DNA from: a bacterium
GTDB lineage: Bacteria; Actinomycetota; Acidimicrobiia; Spongiisociales; Spongiisociaceae
Assembly: GCA_028821265.1 (NCBI GenBank)
Contig: JAPPGU010000033.1
Coordinates: 11,437 to 75,436 of the forward strand
Length of the DNA stretch: 64,000 bases
Reading direction: 5' to 3'
The notes below the pieces were generated by a model that searched no databases, was not told the DNA's origin, and saw only the letters and a list, made by a program, of their open reading frames with translations. This document shows positions 1 to 8,397 of the stretch, piece after piece (the first letter of the stretch is position 1; the number at the start of each line of letters is the position of its first letter). The translations under genes and the position numbers were made by a program.

Positions 1-13
1 AGCTCCTCAAGAT

Positions 14-100
14 CTAGTTGTTGGTTTCTAGTTGTTAGTCGGTAGTTGGTAGTCATTCAACCAATCATCAGCAACTAAAACTACAAACTGAGAACTACAG
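14..100. repeat. AT-rich imperfect-palindromic intergenic element, TAGTTG/CAACTA family, copy A
   Basis: Left arm ctagttgttggtttctagttgttagtcggtagttggtagtc and right arm cagcaactaaaactacaaactgagaactacag are imperfect reverse complements (about 21 of 28 positions by eye). It shares the exact 15-mer tggtttctagttgtt (22-36) with 3582-3596. Its ggtagttggtag (41-52) is the exact reverse complement of 3653-3664. The segment is much more AT-rich than its surroundings. Confidence 0.6.
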
Positions 101-203
101 GCTGCGCAGCTCGTCCTCGCGAGCGCCCTCGATCAGGAATAGCCACGGGATCGGCCCTCATAGGGGTATTCTGGACCGACTTACCCCGAGGAAACGGTTA
201 CGC

Positions 204-1313
204 ATGGTTGGTGATGGCACCGATCCGCCCCCCGAGTTAGGTGATGAGGAGGCTGGGGACCAGCCTGCCGACGCCGAGGCCCCTCCCACGGAGTCCGACG
301 AGTTCACCGACCGCGACTACATCCGATCCACCACCCGCGAGTACAAGGGCCTGGCCGAAGCGGTAGCCCGGGCGGGTGAGGAAGAGGTCGAGCAGTCGGC
401 GGTGGCGGCTTCGATCCCGGGGGTCGGCACCAGCGTGGTCGGCTTCGAGGATGTGACGGGCGTCGAGGAGGAGGACCCGGAGCAAATCGAGCAGATCGAC
501 CGGGCCCGCCGTTCCGAGCTGGCGCTCCGGATCGCCACCGGCCTGGCTGTGGTGGCTGTCTTCTTCGGATCCCTGTATGCGGGAGCGCTATGGGTCACCC
601 TGTTCGTCAGCCTCCTGATCCTGGTCGCGGTGGTGGAGTTCTACCAGGCCGTCCGCCGGGTCGGCTTCACGCCCCTGGCGTTCATCGGCCTACCCGGGGC
701 CGCGGCGGTCATGTACGTGGCCTGGGACTCGGGACCCGCCGCGGTGGGCGGTGTGCTGGCAGCCGTGATCCTGCTGTCGGGCCTGTTCTTCGTCGCGGCC
801 CGCCGGAACTACCCGCTGGCCAACATCGGGGTTACGGTCCTCGGCGTGGCCTGGGTGCCGGTCCTCGCCTCGTTCGCGGTGCCGATCTTCCGATCCCCCG
901 AAGCGTGGAGCTTGACCACCGCACTGGTGGTGCTGACCGCTCTCAACGACATCGCTGCCTTTTCCTACGGACGCACGCTCGGGAAGCGCCGGATGGCCCC
1001 CAACCTCTCGCCCAACAAGACCGTGGAGGGGTTCCTCGGCGCCACGGTCATCACCGTGCTGGCAGGGGTTGTGATCGGGAGGTTCGGGCTGCTCGAGCCG
1101 CTCACCCTTCAGTCGGGCATAGCGCTGGCCGCTGCTATCAGCGTGTTCGGGCCCATCGGCGACCTGGCCGAGTCGGCGGTGAAGCGTTCGATCGACATCA
1201 AGGACATGGGTAGCAGCCTGCCCGGCCACGGCGGCGTGCTGGATCGGCTGGACGCCTTCATGTTCGCGATACCTACCGCCTATCTGGTGTATCTCTGGTT
1301 CGGATACCTGTGA
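204..1313 (+). CDS. cdsA: phosphatidate cytidylyltransferase (CDP-diglyceride synthase) with an acidic N-terminal extension
   Basis: 369-aa ORF. The C-terminal ~260 aa are multi-pass hydrophobic and carry SPNKTVEGFLGA and DLAESAVKRSIDIKDMGSSLPGHGGVLDRLD (CTP-transferase 1 signature region). GAGGAAA lies upstream of ATG 204. The gene sits directly upstream of dxr, as in actinobacterial genomes. Confidence 0.9.
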   Translation: MVGDGTDPPPELGDEEAGDQPADAEAPPTESDEFTDRDYIRSTTREYKGLAEAVARAGEEEVEQSAVAASIPGVGTSVVGFEDVTGVEEEDPEQIEQIDRARRSELALRIATGLAVVAVFFGSLYAGALWVTLFVSLLILVAVVEFYQAVRRVGFTPLAFIGLPGAAAVMYVAWDSGPAAVGGVLAAVILLSGLFFVAARRNYPLANIGVTVLGVAWVPVLASFAVPIFRSPEAWSLTTALVVLTALNDIAAFSYGRTLGKRRMAPNLSPNKTVEGFLGATVITVLAGVVIGRFGLLEPLTLQSGIALAAAISVFGPIGDLAESAVKRSIDIKDMGSSLPGHGGVLDRLDAFMFAIPTAYLVYLWFGYL

Positions 1314-2443
1314 GGCCCGTTGTCGTCCTCGGGGCGACGGGGTCGATCGGTCGCCAGACACTCGAAGTAGCGGACCGCCTCGGCGTTCCGGTGGCGGGAC
1401 TCGCCGCGCGGCGAGCAGGAGACGACCTGGCGCGGTTGGCCGACCGTTACCCGCGGGCCACCGTCGTGGCGGTGGCGCCCGACCCGGACGGCCATGACCG
1501 TTTTCGCCGGCAGTACGGCGACCGCTACGCGCCTGGTCCCGCCGCCCTGGTGGAGATGGCGCAGCACCCGGGTTCGACGGTGGTCAACGGTGTGGTGGGG
1601 TCGGCGGGCCTCGAATCCTCCATCGCCGCACTGGAGGCGGGAAACCGTCTCGCCCTGGCCAACAAGGAGAGCCTGGTCGCGGGCGGGGAGTTGGTGATGG
1701 CGGCCGCACGGCACGGTGAGTTGATCCCCGTCGATTCGGAGCACTCCGCCCTGTTCCAGTGCATGGTGGGGGAGCGGCTTCCCGAAGTCTCCCGCCTGGT
1801 GCTGACCGCTTCGGGCGGCCCCTTTCGAGGCCGGGACCGGGAAGGGCTGGTAAGCGTGGGAGTCGATGAGGCACTGGCCCATCCCACCTGGAACATGGGA
1901 CCCCGGATAACCATCGACTCGGCCACGCTGGTGAACAAGGGCTTGGAGGTGATCGAGGCCCACTTCCTGTTCGATCTGGCCTTCGAGAAGGTGGACGTGG
2001 TGGTACATCCGCAGAGCATCGTCCACTCGCTGGTGGAGTTCGTGGACGGGTCGCTGAAGGCCCATCTGGGCGTCACCGACATGCGGATCCCGATCCAGTA
2101 CGCCCTCACCTATCCGCAACGCTCACCGGGTGGTTTTTCCCGGTTCGACCTGACGCGGTCCCACCTGACATTCGAGGCGGTCGACCGCGACGCCTTTCCG
2201 GCGCTCGACCTCGCCTACGCGGCGGGAAGGGCGGGAGGAACCGTCCCGGCGGCCTTCAACGCCGCTGACGAGGTGGCGGTGGCCGCCTTCCTGGAGCGGC
2301 GGATCGGGTTTCTCGACATTCCCGCCGTGATCGCCGAGGTGCTCGACGGTCACGAGGCATTCGAGGCGACCTCGATCGACGTGGTGATGGAAGCCGATCG
2401 GGCCGCCCGGAGAGCGGCTCGCGCCGCAGTGGAGCGCCGGTAG
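1310..2443 (+). CDS. dxr: 1-deoxy-D-xylulose-5-phosphate reductoisomerase
   Basis: 377 aa. Contains VVVLGATGSIGRQTLEV (NADPH-binding N-terminus), LANKESLV, PVDSEHSA and HPTWNMG motifs. The GTG start overlaps the cdsA stop (GTGA). Confidence 0.95.
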   Translation: MRPVVVLGATGSIGRQTLEVADRLGVPVAGLAARRAGDDLARLADRYPRATVVAVAPDPDGHDRFRRQYGDRYAPGPAALVEMAQHPGSTVVNGVVGSAGLESSIAALEAGNRLALANKESLVAGGELVMAAARHGELIPVDSEHSALFQCMVGERLPEVSRLVLTASGGPFRGRDREGLVSVGVDEALAHPTWNMGPRITIDSATLVNKGLEVIEAHFLFDLAFEKVDVVVHPQSIVHSLVEFVDGSLKAHLGVTDMRIPIQYALTYPQRSPGGFSRFDLTRSHLTFEAVDRDAFPALDLAYAAGRAGGTVPAAFNAADEVAVAAFLERRIGFLDIPAVIAEVLDGHEAFEATSIDVVMEADRAARRAARAAVERR

Positions 2444-2453
2444 AGGAGAGGTC

Positions 2454-3563
2454 TTGGTCGGCGGAATAATGATGGTGGTGGCCATCTCGGCGTTCATCGT
2501 CGTGCACGAGGCCGGCCACTACTGGGCAGCCCGGGCCACCGGGATGAAGGCCACCGAGTTCTTCCTCGGCTTCGGGCCCCGACTGTGGTCGTTCCGCCGC
2601 GGCGAGACCGAGTTCGGAGTGAAGGCGCTCCTGTTCGGCGGGTACGTGCGGATCGCCGGCATGAGTATCGGTGAGAGGATCGACCCGGCCGACGCGGGCC
2701 GCGCCTACCGGGAGCAGCCCTTCTGGAAGAAGTCGGTGGTGGTCCTCTCCGGGGTGACGCTGAACCTCCTGACCGCGTACCTGCTGCTGTTCGGTCTGTT
2801 CTGGTACTCCGGCGCCGCCGAGCTGACCACCGCGGTGGAGAGGGTCAGCCCCGAGATCTCGCCAGGAGTGCCCAGTCCGGCCTCCGTGGCCGGCGTGCTG
2901 GACGGAGACGTCATGACCGCCATCGACGGCGTAGCCCTGGACGGTTGGGAACAGGCCGTGCAGCTGATCATGAGCCGCCCCGGCGAGACCGTCACCCTGG
3001 AGGTCGTTCGCGACGGCCTTCCCCGTTCCCTGACCGCCACCCTGGGCTCGTACCATCCGCAGACCGGTGAGGCGGTCGGCTTCCTAGGCGTTTCACCCGT
3101 GGCGCGGCGGGTCTCGATCGGGCCCATCACGGCCGCCGGACGGGCGGCCGTGGCGGAGTGGGCGATCCTCTCCGGCGCGCTGGACGCCATCGCCCGCATC
3201 GTTCGACCCGGGTCGCTGCTCGAGTTGGGCGGGGTGCTGGCCGGGCAGAGCGACGTTCCCGAAGAGATCCGGCCGGTCAGTCCCATCGGTCTGGTCAGGA
3301 TCGGAAGCCAGGCGTCGGAGGTGGGCATCGGCAACATCGTCTTCATCCTGGCGGTGGTGAACGTCACCCTGGCCCTGTTCAACAGCGTGCCCCTGTACCC
3401 GTTGGACGGGGGGCATTTCGCGGTGGCGCTCTACGAGAAGGTCACGGGCCGGCGGGTGGATCACCGCAACCTGGTCCCCATCGCCGCCCTGGTGGTCCTG
3501 TTCATGCTGTTCCTAGGCCTGGTGGCGATCGTCCTCGACATCGTGAACCCGCTGACTTTGTAG
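2454..3563 (+). CDS. rseP: M50 site-2 (RIP) zinc metalloprotease with PDZ domain, RseP/Rip1-like
   Basis: 369 aa. Has the HEAGHYWAAR HExxH motif in the first TM helix, a central PDZ-like segment, and a C-terminal NSVPLYPLDGGH (NxxPxxxLDG) motif. Lies between dxr and ispG as Rip1 does in mycobacteria. The start is either TTG 2454 or in-frame ATG 2469. Confidence 0.9.
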   Translation: MVGGIMMVVAISAFIVVHEAGHYWAARATGMKATEFFLGFGPRLWSFRRGETEFGVKALLFGGYVRIAGMSIGERIDPADAGRAYREQPFWKKSVVVLSGVTLNLLTAYLLLFGLFWYSGAAELTTAVERVSPEISPGVPSPASVAGVLDGDVMTAIDGVALDGWEQAVQLIMSRPGETVTLEVVRDGLPRSLTATLGSYHPQTGEAVGFLGVSPVARRVSIGPITAAGRAAVAEWAILSGALDAIARIVRPGSLLELGGVLAGQSDVPEEIRPVSPIGLVRIGSQASEVGIGNIVFILAVVNVTLALFNSVPLYPLDGGHFAVALYEKVTGRRVDHRNLVPIAALVVLFMLFLGLVAIVLDIVNPLTL

Positions 3564-3667
3564 TTGCTGGTTGCCAGTTCCTGGTTTCTAGTTGTTGGTG
3601 CTGTGTTATATTCTATTATCCTATCAGTCGACTACCGACCAGCAACTACCGGCTACCAACTACCTAG
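3561..3667. repeat. AT-rich imperfect-palindromic intergenic element, TAGTTG/CAACTA family, copy B
   Basis: Begins at the rseP TAG stop. tagttgctggt (3561-3571) pairs with accagcaacta (3638-3648). Direct tagttg and inverted caacta motifs flank an AT-rich core (ttatattctattatcctatc). Shares a 15-mer and a 12-mer with copy A. Confidence 0.6.
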
Positions 3668-3682
3668 TAACATGGCAGTCTG

Positions 3683-4888
3683 ATGGCTCACCGCGAAGGA
3701 ACCAGGCAGATTCACGTGGGTCGCGTCCCGGTGGGGGGTGGCGCTCCGGTCTCGGTGCAGTCGATGACCACCACCAAGACCGCCGACGTGGACGGCACCC
3801 TGGCCCAGGTCTACGCGCTGGCGGGCGCCGGCGCCGACATCGTCCGCATCACTTGCAACGATGTCGCGGCCGCCGAGGGGCTGGCCGAGATCGTGCCTCG
3901 CTCGCCGGTGCCGATCATCGCCGACATCCATTACCAGTACCGCTTGGCGCTGGCTGCGCTCGAAGCCGGTGTGCAGGGCTTGCGGCTCAACCCGGGCAAC
4001 ATCCGGAAGCCGCACCAGATCCGGGCGGTGGCCCGCGACGCCAAGGACCGGGGAATCCCCATCCGGGTGGGCGTCAACGCCGGCAGCCTGGACCGCGATC
4101 TGATGAAGCGATACGGTTCCGCCACGCCCGAGGCGCTGGTGGCGTCGGCGCAGAAGGAGATCGAGTACCTGGCCGAGGAAGACTTCCATGACATCAAGAT
4201 CTCGGTCAAGCACTCCCACGTGCCATCCATGGTCGAGTCCTACCGCCTGCTGGCCGACACGGTCGGATTCCCGCTCCATCTCGGTGTCACCGAGGCGGGA
4301 CCCCCACCGGGGGGACTGATCAAGTCGGTAGCAGGCATTGCCACCCTGCTGCTCGAAGGCATCGGCGACACCATCCGCTTCTCGCTGACCGCCGATCCCG
4401 TTGAGGAGGCCAGGGCCGGACGCCAACTCCTCGAGTATCTGGACCTGCGGGAGCGCACCGGGCTTGACCTGATCGCCTGTCCCAGTTGCGGGAGGGCGGA
4501 GGTCGACGTGCTCGAGGTTGCACAGGCGGCGCAGGCCAAGCTGGAGGAGGCGAAGCTCCCCATCCAGGTGGCCGTGATGGGCTGCGTAGTGAACGGTCCC
4601 GGAGAGGCGCGGGAGGCCGACCTGGGAATCGCTGCCGGTCGGGGCCGCGGGCACCTGTTCATCAAGGGGAAGGTGGTGAGGGTGGTGCCGGAGGACGAGA
4701 TGGTGGAGGCGTTGCTCGACGAGGCGCGCAAGCTGGTGGACGAGGGCGTGGAGGCCCGGATCGCGGCCGCAGACGACCTGGCCGCGGACCTGGCTGCCCA
4801 GGACCGGCAGGTGTTGATCGACATCCAGGGCGACGCCAATCGTGCCGCAGCTCGCCGCGCCGCGGTCGCCGATGTGGCGGCTCGGTGA
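3683..4888 (+). CDS. ispG: 4-hydroxy-3-methylbut-2-en-1-yl diphosphate synthase (flavodoxin)
   Basis: 401 aa. Contains VQSMTTTKT, RITCND, RLNPGNI, IRVGVNAGSL and the Cys cluster ACPSCGR...GCVVNGPGE. Confidence 0.95.
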   Translation: MAHREGTRQIHVGRVPVGGGAPVSVQSMTTTKTADVDGTLAQVYALAGAGADIVRITCNDVAAAEGLAEIVPRSPVPIIADIHYQYRLALAALEAGVQGLRLNPGNIRKPHQIRAVARDAKDRGIPIRVGVNAGSLDRDLMKRYGSATPEALVASAQKEIEYLAEEDFHDIKISVKHSHVPSMVESYRLLADTVGFPLHLGVTEAGPPPGGLIKSVAGIATLLLEGIGDTIRFSLTADPVEEARAGRQLLEYLDLRERTGLDLIACPSCGRAEVDVLEVAQAAQAKLEEAKLPIQVAVMGCVVNGPGEAREADLGIAAGRGRGHLFIKGKVVRVVPEDEMVEALLDEARKLVDEGVEARIAAADDLAADLAAQDRQVLIDIQGDANRAAARRAAVADVAAR

Positions 4889-4923
4889 CGGCCCGACTCC
4901 TCACAGACCACTAGGAGTTCCCG

Positions 4924-6621
4924 GTGCGTTGGTCACGGACGTTCATTCCCACCCTCCGCGACGACCCGGCGGATGCGGTCGCGGCCAGCCACCGCTTGCT
5001 GATCCGGGGCGGTTTCATCCGCCAGCTCATGGCAGGGTCCTATTCGATGCTCCCGCTCGGGATGCGGGTCGCCACCAAGGTCTCCGACATCATCCGGGAG
5101 GAGATGAACGCCATCGGCGGCCAGGAGTTCCTGGCGCCCGTGGTCCATCCGGCCGAGCTGTGGAAGAAGACCGGCCGGTGGGACGACGTCGAGGGCATCA
5201 TGGTCAAGCTCGAGGATCGCCGGGGCGCCGACCTCGTGCTGGCCCTCACCCACGAGGAGGTGTTCGCCCACCTCGCCTCGGAGTTGAACTCCTACCGGGA
5301 GCTGCCCCAGCTCTGGTATCACCTCCAGACCAAGTTCCGGGACGAAGCCCGGCCCAAGTCCGGCCTCCTCAGGGTGAGAGAGTTCATCATGAAGGACTCC
5401 TACTCGCTGGACATCGGCCCGGACGGCCTCGACGTCCAGTTCGAGGCCCACCGCGGCGCCTACGACCGGATATTCGCCCGTCTGGGTCTTGATTCCATCC
5501 AGGTGGAGGCCTCCTCCGGCAACATGGGCGGCAGCGACTCCGTGGAGTTCGTGGTGCGCTCGGACACCGGTGAGGACCGCGTCGCCCTGTGCGGCAACTG
5601 CGGATACGCCGCCAATCTGGAGCGGGCTGTCAGCGAACCCGACCAGGTGAGGGACGAGCCTTGGGAGGGCCCGCCCCTGCCCTTCCCGACTCCGGGAGTT
5701 CGCACCATCGCGGCGCTCACCGCTATGGGCCGGTTCGCCGCCGCTCGCCGCCAGATCAAGACCCTCGCCTACTACGTGGGGGACGAGTTCACGCTGCTGG
5801 TGCTGAGGGGTGACCACGACCTCGAAGTCCAGAAGGTGGTGGACTCGGTGGCCGGAGTGGTTCGCCCGGCGACCGAAGGAGAGATCGTCAAGCGGCTCGG
5901 CGCTCATCCCGGGAGCCTCGGGGCAGTAGGCGTGGAGTATCCCGTGATCGCAGATCCGGCCCTTCGGGGGCGCTCCAACATGGTGACCGGCGCCAACGAG
6001 GACGACGTTCACCTTAGAGGGGTGGACGTGGCGCGCGATCTCCCGGTGGCCAGGTGGCTCGACATGCGCTCGGTACGCGAGGGGGAGGCTTGCCTGAGTT
6101 GCCCGTCCGGTTCCCTCTCGTTGTCGCGAGTGATCGAGGTGGGTCACATCTTCAAGCTCGGCCGCAGATACAGCGAGGCCCTCGGGGCCACCGTTCTCGA
6201 CGAGTCGGGCCGGCCCGCGCCCATCGTGATGGGTTCCTACGGGATCGGTGTGGGGCGGTCGATGGCTGCCGTCGTCGAGGTGAGCCACGACGGCAGGGGA
6301 ATCATCTGGCCCCTCGCCGTGGCGCCGTTCACGGTCGTGATCACGCTCCTGCGACCCGACAACCCGGTAGTCGCCGAGGCGGGAGAGACCCTCTACCGCG
6401 ACCTGGACAGCGCAGGGATCGAGGTCCTGCTGGACGACCGCAACGAGCGTCCCGGGGTCAAGTTCGCCGATGCCGAGCTGGTCGGGATCCCCTACCGGCT
6501 GACGATAGGTCCCCGGGGCATCGAGGCCGGAGAGGCCGAACTGGCCGCCCGCGACGGCTCGTTGACCGAATCCCTACCCCTCGATCAGGTGGTGGAGCGG
6601 CTCGCCGCGCTGGTGTCCTAG
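4924..6621 (+). CDS. proS: proline--tRNA ligase (bacterial type with editing insertion)
   Basis: 565 aa. MRWSRTFIPTLRDDPADA is a typical ProRS N-terminus. Also has FRDEARPKSGLLRVREFIMKD (class II motif 2) and GSYGIGVGR (motif 3). GTG start. Confidence 0.95.
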   Translation: MRWSRTFIPTLRDDPADAVAASHRLLIRGGFIRQLMAGSYSMLPLGMRVATKVSDIIREEMNAIGGQEFLAPVVHPAELWKKTGRWDDVEGIMVKLEDRRGADLVLALTHEEVFAHLASELNSYRELPQLWYHLQTKFRDEARPKSGLLRVREFIMKDSYSLDIGPDGLDVQFEAHRGAYDRIFARLGLDSIQVEASSGNMGGSDSVEFVVRSDTGEDRVALCGNCGYAANLERAVSEPDQVRDEPWEGPPLPFPTPGVRTIAALTAMGRFAAARRQIKTLAYYVGDEFTLLVLRGDHDLEVQKVVDSVAGVVRPATEGEIVKRLGAHPGSLGAVGVEYPVIADPALRGRSNMVTGANEDDVHLRGVDVARDLPVARWLDMRSVREGEACLSCPSGSLSLSRVIEVGHIFKLGRRYSEALGATVLDESGRPAPIVMGSYGIGVGRSMAAVVEVSHDGRGIIWPLAVAPFTVVITLLRPDNPVVAEAGETLYRDLDSAGIEVLLDDRNERPGVKFADAELVGIPYRLTIGPRGIEAGEAELAARDGSLTESLPLDQVVERLAALVS

Positions 6622-6704
6622 CACTCCCGCTGAGGTCTCTTTGGGTGGGACGAATGCTATGATTCTCGGCGAGACACTCGAAGGACGTGACTTTGTGCTA
6701 CAAG

Positions 6705-6728
6705 GTGGGCGCCCAGCCCGCTTTTTTT
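6705..6728 (+). terminator. Rho-independent terminator after proS
   Basis: Stem gtgggc / gcccgc (one G-U pair) with loop gccca, followed by a run of 7 T (6722-6728). Confidence 0.6.
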
Positions 6729-6845
6729 ATTGTAGAAACCGGCTGGCCGGCGCATCCCGCCGCGCCGGGAGCCCGACATGCCTCCACGCAGAAGCGGCTG
6801 GTGGCGCTCTCTTCCGTAACGGATGGTGGCTCGGAGCCGGGGCCC

Positions 6846-7343
6846 ATGAGTGTTGAGAAACGGCTTGGAGACCTGTTCGAGCAGCACCTGGCCGGCCAGG
6901 GCCTGGAGCTCGACTATCTCCAGGTGGCCGGCAGGGGTCCGCGGATAGTCAGGGTGATCGTCGATCGCGACGGCGGGGTGGGGGTCGACCAGTTGGCGGC
7001 CGTGTCCCGCTCCCTGTCACGCCAGCTCGACCGCCTTGATCCTTTCGAGGGTTCCTATTCGCTGGAGGTGTCCTCGCCGGGGCTCGAGCGCGCCCTTCAC
7101 CTTCCCCGCCACTTCCACAAGTCGATCGGCCGGGACGTGGTCATCAAGACCGACGTAGACGTGGCTGGTCACCGGCACCATCGGGGCGTGCTGGAAGCTG
7201 CCGACTCGGATGGTTGTTCCGTGCGGGTCGACGGTGAGTCGAGGCTGATCGGGTACGGACAGATCCGGTCGGCGCGCACGCGGTTCGAGTGGAACAGGCA
7301 AGGCAGGGCGACCAGGAAGTCGGGGTATCGGGATGAAGATTGA
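6846..7343 (+). CDS. rimP: ribosome maturation factor RimP
   Basis: Protein from MSVEKRLGDLFEQHL with LEVSSPGLERAL (the RimP SPG motif). Immediately upstream of and overlapping nusA. The track ORF starts at 6687, but that extension spans the proS terminator, so ATG 6846 is preferred. Confidence 0.85.
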   Translation: MSVEKRLGDLFEQHLAGQGLELDYLQVAGRGPRIVRVIVDRDGGVGVDQLAAVSRSLSRQLDRLDPFEGSYSLEVSSPGLERALHLPRHFHKSIGRDVVIKTDVDVAGHRHHRGVLEAADSDGCSVRVDGESRLIGYGQIRSARTRFEWNRQGRATRKSGYRDED

Positions 7344-8355
7344 CTACCGGGTCATGGAGGCCCTCGAGATGCTGGAGCGGGAGCGAGGTATTCCTGTCGA
7401 CACGATCCTCGCTGCCCTGGCCAACGCTCTGGTGTCGGCCTACAAGCGGACTCCGGGAGCTGCTGAGGAGGCCCGCGTGACCATCGAGCCGGACTCCGGC
7501 GAGATCATCGTCTACGCCCAGGAGCTCGATGACGACGGAAACGTCATCGAGGAGTGGGAGGACACCTCCACGGACTTCGGTCGGATAGCCGCCAGCACCG
7601 CCAAGCAGGTGATCGCCCAGCAGCTCCGGGAAGCCAAGCGAGAGCAGGTGTTCGACGCCTACGAGGGCCGGGAGGGCGACCTGGTCACCGGCATGGTGCA
7701 GCAGCATGACAACCGGTACACGATCCTCGACCTGGGAAACGCCGAGGCGATGATGCCCGGTTCCGAGAGGATTCCCTACGAACGGCTGGAGCGAGGCGCC
7801 CGGGCGAAGGCCTTGATCATCGAGGTTCGGCGGGAGACCAAGGGCCCGCAGATCGTGGTGTCGCGCTCCCATCCCGACCTGGTTCGCCGGCTGCTCGAGC
7901 TGGCGGTGCCGGAGCTGCTGGACGGAACGGTGAAGATCCGTTCGATAGCCCGGGAAGCGGGCCATCGAACCAAGATCGCCGTGGTGTCCAATGATCCCAA
8001 CGTGGATCCGAAGGGCGCTTGCGTAGGGGCCCGTGGCTCCCGGGTACGCAACGTCGTGAACGAGTTGCGGGGCGAGAAGGTGGACGTGGTGCAATGGCGC
8101 GAGGACACGGCCCAATTCATCGCCGAAGCTCTCGGCCCGGCCAAGGTGCGCGACGTGCAGGTTGATGAGGAGGAGAAGTCGGCGGTGGTGATCGTGAGCG
8201 AGCACCAGCTCTCGCTGGCCATCGGTCGGGAAGGTCAGAACGCCCGGTTGGCCACCCGGCTCACGGGCTACCGCATCGACATACAGAGCGACTCCAGGTC
8301 CCCGCGGCCTTCTCGGGATCGGGGACGCGGTCCGGTCACCGCCGGTGGCCGGTAA
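7333..8355 (+). CDS. nusA: transcription termination/antitermination factor NusA
   Basis: 340 aa. Has an N-terminal NusA domain, an S1 region (GDLVTGMVQQ) and two KH regions (REAGHRTKIAV, DPKGACVGARGSRV, LSLAIGREGQNARLA). Confidence 0.95.
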   Translation: MKIDYRVMEALEMLERERGIPVDTILAALANALVSAYKRTPGAAEEARVTIEPDSGEIIVYAQELDDDGNVIEEWEDTSTDFGRIAASTAKQVIAQQLREAKREQVFDAYEGREGDLVTGMVQQHDNRYTILDLGNAEAMMPGSERIPYERLERGARAKALIIEVRRETKGPQIVVSRSHPDLVRRLLELAVPELLDGTVKIRSIAREAGHRTKIAVVSNDPNVDPKGACVGARGSRVRNVVNELRGEKVDVVQWREDTAQFIAEALGPAKVRDVQVDEEEKSAVVIVSEHQLSLAIGREGQNARLATRLTGYRIDIQSDSRSPRPSRDRGRGPVTAGGR

Positions 8356-8397
8356 GGGGCGCACCCTCGTGAGAGGACAGCGGAGGCGTAGGCATCC

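Noticed and set aside
6687-6845. Upstream extension of the rimP ORF starting at 6687.
   Set aside because: It would run through the proS terminator hairpin and the T7 run (6705-6728). ATG 6846 gives the conserved RimP N-terminus.
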